A stretch of DNA of 43,085 bases from an uncultured Ruminococcus sp. (GTDB lineage: Bacteria > Bacillota > Clostridia > Oscillospirales > Ruminococcaceae). This document shows, in pieces, positions 35,040 through 43,085 of the stretch (the first letter of the stretch is position 1; the number at the start of each line of letters is the position of its first letter). The stretch lies in assembly GCA_902767035.1 (NCBI GenBank), contig CACXFU010000016.1:1-43085 (forward strand), read 5' to 3'. Both the position numbers and the translations under genes were made by a program. The notes beneath the pieces were generated by a model. That model saw nothing but the letters and a program-made list of their open reading frames with translations, did not search any database and was not told where the DNA came from.

Positions 35040-35375
35040 TCATAGATGCCTGCTTATTTCATCTTTTAACTCAGAAAGATCTTCATGTATAGTATCCCAC
35101 ACTATCTTCATATTCACACCTGAATATCCATGTACTATCCTGTTTCTCATTCCGTATATCTGATTCCACGGTATTGAGCTGATCTCTGATTTTGCCTCAT
35201 CTGACAAAGATATCTTTGCAAGTTCCCCTATCTGCATAAGGTTAAAAACACAAGCTTCAACTCTCATACTGTCGTTCTGGAAATCTTCAAGCGTACTGCA
35301 GTCTCTGCAGTAAAGGAGCACTGCACTTATGTGGTCGTTTATCTTCATCAACACTTGCTTATCCCTGTTAACCAT
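35040..35375 (-). CDS. HEPN (DUF86/HepT-like) ribonuclease toxin
   Basis: IGE, IPW..I.GMRNRIVHGY (R-x4-H), VW; overlaps the MNT stop. Confidence 0.9.
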   Translation of the reverse strand: MVNRDKQVLMKINDHISAVLLYCRDCSTLEDFQNDSMRVEACVFNLMQIGELAKISLSDEAKSEISSIPWNQIYGMRNRIVHGYSGVNMKIVWDTIHEDLSELKDEISRHL

Positions 35376-35667
35376 ATATCCTTACCCCGCTTTTGCTGAT
35401 CTCACGCTCAATAGCAGAATCCGGAGCTATTTGTGTAATATCAAGAAGATCGACCTGCTTATCAAGGGCATTGCTTACATCTTCAAGAAGGCCGAAGAAT
35501 TCAAGCCCCTTCAGACCGCTGTCAACAAGTATATCAACATCACTGGTCAGATGTGCACAGCCCTTAGCATATGAGCCGAAAACAACGGCACTGTTGACAT
35601 TATATTCCGAAAAAACAGGCGTAAGCCTTGATCTTATCTCAGGTAATGTGTAGATCGTATCATTCAC
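35368..35667 (-). CDS. Minimal nucleotidyltransferase (MntA-like antitoxin)
   Basis: FGSYAKG....SDVDILVD, VDL; GTG start with AAGGAG SD. Confidence 0.88.
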   Translation of the reverse strand: MNDTIYTLPEIRSRLTPVFSEYNVNSAVVFGSYAKGCAHLTSDVDILVDSGLKGLEFFGLLEDVSNALDKQVDLLDITQIAPDSAIEREISKSGVRIYG

Positions 35668-35739
35668 AAAGATCACTCCTTTCAAACACAGTATATCACA
35701 AGATATCGAAAAAGTAAAGCTATCCTCTCTCAACGGTGC

Positions 35740-35776
35740 AAAAAAACTCCTGCCGCAGATGTCGGCAGGAGTTTTT
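35740..35776. terminator. Terminator after spo0A
   Basis: AAAAAAACTCCTGCCG...CGGCAGGAGTTTTT. Confidence 0.85.
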
Positions 35777-35777
35777 G

Positions 35778-36557
35778 TCACACAGCAACTGTGGTCTTGT
35801 ATTTTAAGCTTATCTTATCTGCAAGCAGGGCTATGAATTCGCTGTTGGTGGGCTTGCCCTTGCCGGTGTTCACGGTGTAGCCGAAGAAGCTGTTGAGAAC
35901 ATCTACGTCTCCCCTGTCCCACGCTATCTCTATGGCATGGCGGATCGCTCTCTCGACCCTTGAAGGCGTTGTTGAGAATTTTTTCGCAACGGCAGGATAT
36001 AATAGCTTTGTCACGCTCTCAAGCATTTCCTTGTCCTCTACAGAAAGCATTATGGCCTCTCTGAGATAATGGTAGCCCTTGATGTGCGCGGGAACGCCTA
36101 TCCTATGTATCATATCGGTGACGACGAGCTCCATATTGAAGCTGGTGCGGGGGCTCATCGGGGCGCTGCCGGCAGGGTCGGTGCCGATATCGAGCATTGA
36201 CCTTATCCTGTCGCCGAGTATCTTGACATCAAAGGGTTTAAGCATAAAATATGAGGCGCCCGAATTCATCACCTGGTTTTCAATAAAGGCATTCTCATAA
36301 GCGCTGGTGACGATGAACTTAGGGTTCTTATAGTTTGAAGATCTCATTTTTCTGATGAGCTCTATCGCGTCCAGCCCGGGCATAACGGCGTCGATCATAA
36401 CTACATCGGGCTGTTCGTTTTTTATCGCCTCATAGATAACGGTGCCGTCCTTCTGCCTTGTTATCACGAAAAAGCCCAGCGCCCTGAGTGATGCCGCACA
36501 GGAGACGCCGTACTGGGCTGTGTCGTCTCCGATAAGGATCTTGATCTTGTTTGTCAT
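35778..36557 (-). CDS. spo0A: Sporulation master regulator Spo0A
   Basis: Receiver domain (DD, D..MP, KPFD) plus [48 protein letters not shown]. Confidence 0.97.
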   Translation of the reverse strand: MTNKIKILIGDDTAQYGVSCAASLRALGFFVITRQKDGTVIYEAIKNEQPDVVMIDAVMPGLDAIELIRKMRSSNYKNPKFIVTSAYENAFIENQVMNSGASYFMLKPFDVKILGDRIRSMLDIGTDPAGSAPMSPRTSFNMELVVTDMIHRIGVPAHIKGYHYLREAIMLSVEDKEMLESVTKLLYPAVAKKFSTTPSRVERAIRHAIEIAWDRGDVDVLNSFFGYTVNTGKGKPTNSEFIALLADKISLKYKTTVAV

Positions 36558-36676
36558 TTTTAATTCCTCCATATTTATGATGTCTTGTCCGCGCAGAGCT
36601 TGTACGGCTCTGCGGTACGGACAGAATTTGAAAAATCATGCAGGAGCTTTTTCGCCCTGCTCATTTCCTGTGTTTT

Positions 36677-36741
36677 ATCATAACACATCATTTTTTCAAA
36701 ATCAATAGATTTTTAGATAAATCGTCATATTTTTATCGACA
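36677..36741 (-). promoter_or_regulatory. spo0A promoter with two near-consensus 0A boxes
   Basis: TTGATT-17-TGnTATGAT (36677-36705); TGACGAT (36721-36727) and TGTCGAT (36735-36741), each one mismatch from TGNCGAA. Confidence 0.5.
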
Positions 36742-36830
36742 AATATATCTATATTTCACAAAGGATATGCAATAAATATCTGTTTTGAGAATATTTCTGC
36801 CAATAGTGACAAACCCTAACAAAAATGTCC

Positions 36831-38036
36831 TCAGCCCTGACTTTTTTGCCGATCTGAGACGATATCTGAGATCTGGCTGTACATTGTGTCGGCAAAGATC
36901 GCATAACCTCGGGTCGAGTCGTCTACGAACACATGAGTGACTGCGCCGACGATCTTCCCGTCCTGAATGAGAGGTGAGCCGCTCATTCCCTGAACGATGC
37001 CGCCTGCTTTTCTGATAAGGGTCTTATCGGTCACTCTTATGACCATATCGTGCTCTGAGCCGCCTGAGATGTCTGCGCTCTCAATTACGGCACGGTACTG
37101 CTTTACGCCTTTGCCGTCGATATCACAGAGGATAGCGGCTTCTCCAGTTTTGACCTCATGAGAAAAGGCTATCGGCATGGCCTCGGCCGAGGAAGCAGGG
37201 TCATAGTCAAGTGTGCCGTAAACGCCGTCGTCACGGTTTTTCATTATGGTGCCGACTGACGCGCTGTTTCTGAACTCCCCTATCAGCTGGCCGGGAGAGC
37301 CTGCCTCAGACTTTGTAATGCCTGTGAGCTTTATCTCACCGACAGAGCCCTGAGAGAGCGCTATGGTCTGTTTGGTGTCGCTGTCACAGACAGGGTGACC
37401 CAGACCTGCAAAGGCGCCTGTTTCACGGTCGTAAAAGGTTAGCGTGCCAATGCCTGCCGAGGAATCCCTCACCCACATACCTGCCTTGTAGCTGCCCTTG
37501 TCAAGCTCAGGCTCTATCCGCAATTCAAGGTGCTTTCCGTCACGTTCAAGGGCGACGCTGCAGGGCTGGCCGCCGCTTTTGCTGATGATATCCGACACGT
37601 CGCTGTTATCGGCAACGGGTTCTCCTTCTACTTCTGAGATCACATCTCCCACCCTGATGCCTGCCTCCTCTGCGGGACATCTGCCGCCTACCTCCTGGAG
37701 CTCTACCACTATGACGCCGTCTGACATGAGCTTTAAGCCTACGGGCTCACCTACGGGTACGGCGTAAGGTCTTGTTACACTGTTCATTTTCACGTCCTTT
37801 ATCGGCACTTTGCCGAATAACATCAAGGTCACATCTGATGACGGAGTGCCGCTGCCTGCTTCGACTGCCGTTGTTTTTCCTCTTACGGCGCTTATGGGAA
37901 GAGCCGAGTGAAGGATGAACTCTCCGCTGACATTATAGGAATCAGGCAGAGAGACCTCGTAAAACCCTGCCGCACAGACCAGCGCCAGCAGACAGACACC
38001 GAAGAGAGCAGCTGCGGTTTTTAATATTCGCTGCAT
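36831..38036 (-). CDS. spoIVB: SpoIVB peptidase (S55) with PDZ domain
   Basis: WVRDSSAGIGTLTFYD, LGH, GIVQGMSGSP, GAVTHVFV; upstream of spo0A as in other endospore formers. Confidence 0.95.
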   Translation of the reverse strand: MQRILKTAAALFGVCLLALVCAAGFYEVSLPDSYNVSGEFILHSALPISAVRGKTTAVEAGSGTPSSDVTLMLFGKVPIKDVKMNSVTRPYAVPVGEPVGLKLMSDGVIVVELQEVGGRCPAEEAGIRVGDVISEVEGEPVADNSDVSDIISKSGGQPCSVALERDGKHLELRIEPELDKGSYKAGMWVRDSSAGIGTLTFYDRETGAFAGLGHPVCDSDTKQTIALSQGSVGEIKLTGITKSEAGSPGQLIGEFRNSASVGTIMKNRDDGVYGTLDYDPASSAEAMPIAFSHEVKTGEAAILCDIDGKGVKQYRAVIESADISGGSEHDMVIRVTDKTLIRKAGGIVQGMSGSPLIQDGKIVGAVTHVFVDDSTRGYAIFADTMYSQISDIVSDRQKSQG

Positions 38037-38185
38037 TTTTATCAGTCCTTTCATTTTTTTCACATTTTTATTCTTGACCGGACACAAGAATTAATTCAGC
38101 TTCCGGCACAAGTATTATTTGTCTTGGAAAAGAGCCTGCTCTGAAATTTCCGACTGCGGAGTTCGGGAGTTTCCAGAATAAGGTG

Positions 38186-38214
38186 TTGATATTTCTGATG
38201 ATCTGTGATATAAT
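38186..38214 (+). promoter_or_regulatory. SigA promoter
   Basis: TTGATA, 17 bp, TGn-TATAAT. Confidence 0.72.
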
Positions 38215-38257
38215 AGGCTTTGTATAAATTTATTATAAAGCGAAAACGAGGTATAAT

Positions 38258-38896
38258 ATGTCAAAAAAGGACAGGCTGAAGGCTCAGAAGCAAAAGCAGG
38301 AAAGACTTAAAAAACAGGCTGAGCTGGACGAACAGAAGGAAAAGAAGGAATTTGAAAGCGGCAGCAAAGAAAGCAAGGCTGTCAGAAAAATGAAAAGGCA
38401 GGGCGGCATCAAGGACGAGCCGGTCTACTATATGATACTGAAGATACTTATGCTTGCAGGCTATGGCTACTCGGTATTCTTTTACGGGTCTATCACTATA
38501 ATAGGTATACTTGGCAAATACATAGAGCCGACACCGCCGAAGTGGGTGCTCTGGATGTTTATAGGGTCGTGGATAGGTATAACTGTCGGACTGTTCCTGA
38601 GCTTTTTCAAGAGGTATTTCTCGGCATTCGTTGTGTGCGAAGGCGGTATGATCGCTTATCTTCAGGGAGCCACATATATGATAGAGAAGATACAGCTCTA
38701 TCTGAGGTCACACACGGTGGAGCCGGAGCTTATGGATATGGACAAGGAATATATGCTGAGGTATTATCCTGTCGGCATAATAGGGTTCATATCGTTCGTG
38801 CTGCTGGTGATAACGGTGATAAGGCTGATACTTATAAGAAGGAGAAAGCAGCAGATAAAAGACTCCGCACCTGTGAAGAGCATTGTGGAGGAATAA
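38258..38896 (+). CDS. Hypothetical membrane protein
   Basis: Lys/Glu-rich N-terminus and about 4 TMs; GAGG SD. Confidence 0.8.
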   Translation: MSKKDRLKAQKQKQERLKKQAELDEQKEKKEFESGSKESKAVRKMKRQGGIKDEPVYYMILKILMLAGYGYSVFFYGSITIIGILGKYIEPTPPKWVLWMFIGSWIGITVGLFLSFFKRYFSAFVVCEGGMIAYLQGATYMIEKIQLYLRSHTVEPELMDMDKEYMLRYYPVGIIGFISFVLLVITVIRLILIRRRKQQIKDSAPVKSIVEE

Positions 38897-38975
38897 CGGG
38901 GCTTAGATCGGGGTCGGTTTTTCAGTTAATTTCTTCCAGTTTGATTACTTACTTTAGCGGCATTAACCAATTGTG

Positions 38976-39017
38976 AAAAAGTGCTGAATTTGAATTTTCA
39001 AATTTGGCACTTTTTTT
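38976..39017 (+). terminator. Terminator
   Basis: AAAAAGTGCTGAATTTGAA..TTCAAATTTGGCACTTTTTTT. Confidence 0.75.
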
Positions 39018-39030
39018 GTACACATACCCC

Positions 39031-39058
39031 TTGACTTATTTTAGGGGTGTGGTATAAT
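39031..39058 (+). promoter_or_regulatory. nrdD promoter
   Basis: TTGACT, 16 bp, TGn-TATAAT. Confidence 0.7.
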
Positions 39059-39097
39059 AATAACTGTTCGATATGATGTTGTTAAAGTCAGAGCAAA

Positions 39098-39113
39098 CCA
39101 CAAGATATAGTGG
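39098..39113 (+). promoter_or_regulatory. NrdR box
   Basis: CCACAAGATATAGTGG matches the acaCwAtATaTwGtg-like palindrome, in the nrdD leader. Confidence 0.78.
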
Positions 39114-39157
39114 TTTGGTAGGAAAACAGGAAAAATTATTAAGGGGAGAAAAATGCT

Positions 39158-41359
39158 GTGAAGATCATCAAAAGAAGCGGTGTTGAGAGCGTATTTGACA
39201 GGGCGAAGATCGAGAACGCCGTAAAAAAGGCGAACATAACTGTTGAGGAGGACGAGAGGCTTTCCGATGGCGAGGTAAAGGATATAGCGCTTGATATCGA
39301 GGAGCGCTGCGGACGTATGGACAGGGCTATGGACGTCGAGACTATCCAGGACTGGGTAGAGGCGGACATTATGAAGCACGGAAAATACACCGTGGCAAAG
39401 CACTATATCACCTACCGTTATGAGCGTTCTATAGTTCGTCAGGCTAATACTACGGACAAGCAGATACTTTCTCTTCTGAATTTTGAGAACGAAGAGGTCA
39501 AGCAGGAGAATTCAAACAAGAACCCTACTGTGAACTCCGTTCAGAGAGACTATATGGCAGGAGAGGTAAGCAAGGACATCACAAAGAGGTTCCTGCTGCC
39601 TGACGATATCGTTGAGGCTCACGAAAAGGGTCTTATACATTTCCATGATGCGGATTATTTCGCACAGCATATGCACAACTGCTGTCTGGTAAACCTTGAG
39701 GATATGCTGCAAAACGGCACGGTTATCAGTGAGGTAATGATAGAAAAGCCTCACAGCTTCTCTACCGCCTGCAACATTGCTACTCAGGCTATCGCTCAGA
39801 TAGCTTCTTCACAGTACGGCGGACAGAGCATAACGCTCTCTCACCTTGCGCCTTTTGTTCAGATATCAAGGGACAAGTACCGCAAAGAGGTAAGAAAAGA
39901 GTTCACAGAGCTGGGGATCACGGTCGATGACGAGACAGTGAACAAGGCTGCCGAAATGAGAGTAAAGGCTGAGATAGTTCAGGGCGTTCAGATGATACAG
40001 TATCAGGTCATCACGCTTATGACTACTAACGGTCAGGCTCCGTTCGTGACGATATTTATGTATCTTGATGAGGTGCCCGAGGGTCAGACAAGAGATGATC
40101 TGGCGGCTATCATCGAGGAGATGCTCAAGCAGAGGATACAGGGAGTAAAGAACGAGAAGGGCGTATTCATCACGCCTGCTTTCCCGAAGCTCATATATGC
40201 TCTTGATGAGGATAATGTGAGAGAGGGCTCGAAGTACTGGTATCTGACAAAGCTGGCGGCAAAGTGTACTGCAAAGAGAATGGTGCCCGATTACATCAGC
40301 GCAAAGGTTATGAGAGAGCTCAAGGGCGGAGACGTTTACACCTGCATGGGCTGCCGCTCATTCCTGACGCCTGACAGGTTCACCGACAAAGGTGTGCCCA
40401 ACATAGCAAAGGCAAAGAACTATCAGAAGGGCAAGCACAAGTATTACGGAAGGTTCAACCAGGGCGTTGTTACGCTGAACCTTGTTGATATCGCGTGCTC
40501 TTCCGGAAAGGATATGGAGAAGTTCTGGAAGGTGTTTGACGAGAGGCTCGAGATATGCAGGAGAGCCCTTATGATAAGGCACGAGAGACTTAAAGGAACG
40601 GCTTCCGACGTTGCGCCTATACTCTGGCAGAACGGTGCTCTTGCAAGGCTTGAAAAGGGCGAGAAGATAGACAAGCTCCTTTATGACGGCTATTCTACTA
40701 TATCGCTCGGATATGCAGGACTTTGCGAGTGCGTAAGATATATGACGGGTCATTCTCACACTGACCCTGAGGCTACCCCGTTCGCACTGGAGGTAATGAG
40801 ATATCTTAATGATGCGTGCGCTAAGTGGAAGGCTGAGACAAATATTGATTTCAGCATCTACGGAACACCGCTGGAGTCTACGACCTACAAGTTTGCCAGG
40901 TGCCTGCAGACAAGGTTCGGTGTTATCGAGGGCGTTACCGACAAGAACTACATCACTAACAGCTATCATGTTCATGTTACCGAGGAGATAGACGCATTTG
41001 ACAAGCTGAGCTTTGAGTCTCAGTTCCAGGCACTGTCGCCGGGAGGCGCTATCAGCTATGTTGAGGTGCCTGATATGCAGCAGAATATCGAGGGCGTGCT
41101 CGCGGTAATGCAGTATATCTACGACAACATAATGTATGCGGAGCTCAACACAAAGAGCGACTACTGTCAGGTATGCGGATATGACGGAGAGATCGTTATA
41201 GTCAAGGAAGACGGAAAGCTCCTCTGGGAGTGCCCTAACTGCGGAAACCGCGATCAGAGCAAAATGAACGTTGCAAGGCGCACCTGCGGATACATCGGCA
41301 CACAGTTCTGGAATCAGGGCAGGACACAGGAGATAATGGACAGGGTAATGCACCTTTAA
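39158..41359 (+). CDS. nrdD: Anaerobic (class III) ribonucleoside-triphosphate reductase
   Basis: N-terminal ATP cone (KIIKRSG), HFHD, NCC, CMGCR, TPLES, zinc site CQVC/CPNC, glycyl radical loop RRTCGYIG. Confidence 0.97.
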   Translation: MKIIKRSGVESVFDRAKIENAVKKANITVEEDERLSDGEVKDIALDIEERCGRMDRAMDVETIQDWVEADIMKHGKYTVAKHYITYRYERSIVRQANTTDKQILSLLNFENEEVKQENSNKNPTVNSVQRDYMAGEVSKDITKRFLLPDDIVEAHEKGLIHFHDADYFAQHMHNCCLVNLEDMLQNGTVISEVMIEKPHSFSTACNIATQAIAQIASSQYGGQSITLSHLAPFVQISRDKYRKEVRKEFTELGITVDDETVNKAAEMRVKAEIVQGVQMIQYQVITLMTTNGQAPFVTIFMYLDEVPEGQTRDDLAAIIEEMLKQRIQGVKNEKGVFITPAFPKLIYALDEDNVREGSKYWYLTKLAAKCTAKRMVPDYISAKVMRELKGGDVYTCMGCRSFLTPDRFTDKGVPNIAKAKNYQKGKHKYYGRFNQGVVTLNLVDIACSSGKDMEKFWKVFDERLEICRRALMIRHERLKGTASDVAPILWQNGALARLEKGEKIDKLLYDGYSTISLGYAGLCECVRYMTGHSHTDPEATPFALEVMRYLNDACAKWKAETNIDFSIYGTPLESTTYKFARCLQTRFGVIEGVTDKNYITNSYHVHVTEEIDAFDKLSFESQFQALSPGGAISYVEVPDMQQNIEGVLAVMQYIYDNIMYAELNTKSDYCQVCGYDGEIVIVKEDGKLLWECPNCGNRDQSKMNVARRTCGYIGTQFWNQGRTQEIMDRVMHL

Positions 41360-41362
41360 ACG

Positions 41363-41475
41363 CCCCTACCCCGCATAAGCAGCTTGGTACTGTTCAACTG
41401 TTTGCCCTCCCTCGGAGGTGAGGGTTGCAGTTTTGTTTAAAGCATTAAAAAAGTAACGCTGCGCGAACATTGAAA
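41363..41475 (+). repeat. Dispersed ~113-bp element, copy 2 (nrdD-nrdG spacer)
   Basis: Shares CCCCTACCCC, GTTTGCCCTCCCTCGGAGG and AGTAACGCTGCGCGAAC with copy 1. Confidence 0.9.
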
Positions 41476-41540
41476 AATAATAGCACGGTACTCTATGTAC
41501 CGTGCCTTATTTCTACGCTGGAAACTATAGGAGAGCAACA

Positions 41541-42074
41541 ATGAACTACTGTGCAATAAAAAAGACCGACATTGCTGACGGTCCGGGAGTAAGGGTCACT
41601 TTGTTCGTTTCAGGGTGCAGGCACCACTGTAAGGGCTGCTTTCAGCCTGAGACCTGGGACTTTGACTACGGCAAGCCCTACACGCAGGAGACCCGTGACG
41701 AGCTTTTTGAGGCGCTTTCAAAGTCATACATCAAAGGGCTTACACTGCTGGGCGGAGAGCCTATGGAGCCCGACAACCAGAGAGCTCTGGTGGGGCTTTT
41801 AAAAGAGATGAGAGAAAGGCTGCCGGAAAAGAATGTCTGGTGCTACACGGGATGTGTGCTGGAGAGAGATTTGCTTTCAGGGTCTGAGAGCGACTACCGC
41901 ACAGAGGTGACGGACGAAATGCTCTCATATATCGATGTGCTGGTTGACGGAGAATTTGTGCTCGAAAAGAGAAACCTTATGCTCAAATTCAGAGGCTCCG
42001 AAAACCAAAGGCTGATTGACCTCAAAGAGACCCTGAAAACCGGAAAGATAACTACCCTGCCGGAAAACACATAA
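41541..42074 (+). CDS. nrdG: Anaerobic RNR activating enzyme (radical SAM)
   Basis: DGPGVRVTLFVSGCRHHCKGC, GGEP, YTG, DVLVDG.F, FRGSENQR; AGGAG SD. Confidence 0.96.
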   Translation: MNYCAIKKTDIADGPGVRVTLFVSGCRHHCKGCFQPETWDFDYGKPYTQETRDELFEALSKSYIKGLTLLGGEPMEPDNQRALVGLLKEMRERLPEKNVWCYTGCVLERDLLSGSESDYRTEVTDEMLSYIDVLVDGEFVLEKRNLMLKFRGSENQRLIDLKETLKTGKITTLPENT

Positions 42075-42264
42075 CAAAAAACCACCCTCCACGGGTGGTT
42101 TCGCTTTGCTATCAAGAAAAATCCTTTTTGTCCGAAGGGGTTGTCAGGGGGCGACCGGAAAGCCCCCTGACAGGGCGAATAAAAGCTTAATAAATCCACA
42201 CATATCTTTGTACGTATATCTATAAAAAGCTTTGCAACAAAAAACCACCCTGTACGGGTGGTTT
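42073..42264. repeat. Two 29-bp palindromic direct repeats flanking an 11-bp-stem hairpin; second copy also a bidirectional terminator
   Basis: AACAAAAAACCACCCT(CC/GT)ACGGGTGGTTT at 42073-42101 and 42236-42264; TGTCAGGGGGC-N9-GCCCCCTGACA at 42142-42172. Confidence 0.8.
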
Positions 42265-42275
42265 TTATTGTTATA

Positions 42276-43085
42276 TCAGAATTCTATCTTCTTTGCGATA
42301 TATGCTGTGAGCTCATCTATCTTTACTCTCTCCTGAGCCATTGTGTCTCTGTCACGGATAGTTACACAGCCGTCTTCAAGAGAATCAAAGTCAAAGGTAA
42401 CACAGAAAGGTGTGCCTATCTCGTCCTGGCGGCGGTATCTCTTTCCGATAGAGCCTGCCTCGTCATAGTCTACATTGAAGTTCTTTGCAAGCATATCATA
42501 TACCTCGCCTGCCTGCTCGGAAAGCTTCTTTGAAAGAGGAAGAACACAAGCCTTGAACGGTGCAAGTGCAGGATGGAAACGCATTACTGTTCTTACATCG
42601 GGCTTGTCCTCTGTGCCGATGTTCTCCTCATCGTAAGCCTCTGTAACGACTGTGAGGAAAAGTCTCTCAACGCCGAGGGAAGGCTCAATAACATAAGGAA
42701 CATATCTCTCGTTAGTCTCAGGGTCAAAGTAGTCAAGGGTCTTGCCTGAGGTTTTTATGTGCTGAGTAAGGTCATAGTCTGTTCTGTCAGCAATGCCCCA
42801 GAGCTCGCCCCAGCCGAACGGGAACAGATACTCAAAGTCGGTAGTAGCCTTGGAATAGAAGGAGAGCTCCTCCTTGGAGTGGTCTCTGAGCCTGAGGTTC
42901 TCCTCTTTTATGTTGAGGCTGAGCAGGAAGTTCTTGCAGAACGATCTCCAGTAATCGAACCATTCAAGGTCGGTATCGGGCTTGCAGAAGAATTCAAGCT
43001 CCATCTGCTCAAACTCACGCACTCTGAAAATGAAGTTGCCGGGGGTTATCTCGTTTCTGAAGGACTTGCCCACCTGTGCAACGCC
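42276..43085 (-). CDS. glyQS: Glycine--tRNA ligase (alpha2 type), 3' part; start lies outside the window
   Basis: [60 protein letters not shown]. Confidence 0.96.
   Translation of the reverse strand, partial: GVAQVGKSFRNEITPGNFIFRVREFEQMELEFFCKPDTDLEWFDYWRSFCKNFLLSLNIKEENLRLRDHSKEELSFYSKATTDFEYLFPFGWGELWGIADRTDYDLTQHIKTSGKTLDYFDPETNERYVPYVIEPSLGVERLFLTVVTEAYDEENIGTEDKPDVRTVMRFHPALAPFKACVLPLSKKLSEQAGEVYDMLAKNFNVDYDEAGSIGKRYRRQDEIGTPFCVTFDFDSLEDGCVTIRDRDTMAQERVKIDELTAYIAKKIEF

Noticed and set aside
38065-38100. SigF/SigG promoter for spoIVB
   Set aside because: GGTCAAGAATA is suggestive, but the -35 and spacing could not be fixed confidently by eye
40358-41353. 331-aa - strand ORF
   Set aside because: Antisense shadow of nrdD

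Overview
Core-chromosome window of a spore-forming Clostridia bacterium. Gene style and content suggest Ruminococcus/Oscillospiraceae (inference). Left to right: a TetR–GPH-MFS–GH36 alpha-galactosidase operon divergent from an uncharacterised GT-B/MGDG-synthase-like gene; an ABC-2 exporter; a RelB/RelE-ParE toxin-antitoxin islet; rqcH, nif3, trmK, DUF1858, a zinc-ribbon protein, a SigH-like sigma factor, a lone fumarate hydratase beta subunit and a DivIVA-like protein; the dcw cluster (mraZ rsmH ftsL PBP murE murF mraY-like ftsW murG hypothetical murA ftsQ ftsZ, with no murD or ftsA); a lipoprotein, ppa, a histidine phosphatase, an MNT-HEPN pair, spo0A, spoIVB, nrdD-nrdG, and the 3' part of glyQS. 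No CRISPR, rRNA, tRNA, integrase or transposase is visible. The best leads are: (1) the tet-like twin-operator switch linking sugar catabolic genes to an unknown glycolipid-synthase-like protein; (2) an MraY whose catalytic motifs are all altered; (3) a ~113-bp dispersed element found twice, each time just 3' of a gene; (4) two candidate structured RNAs or a small ORF with their own promoters; (5) unusual repeat-built spacers in the mraZ-rsmH-ftsL region. All calls are by eye from motifs; no searches were run.
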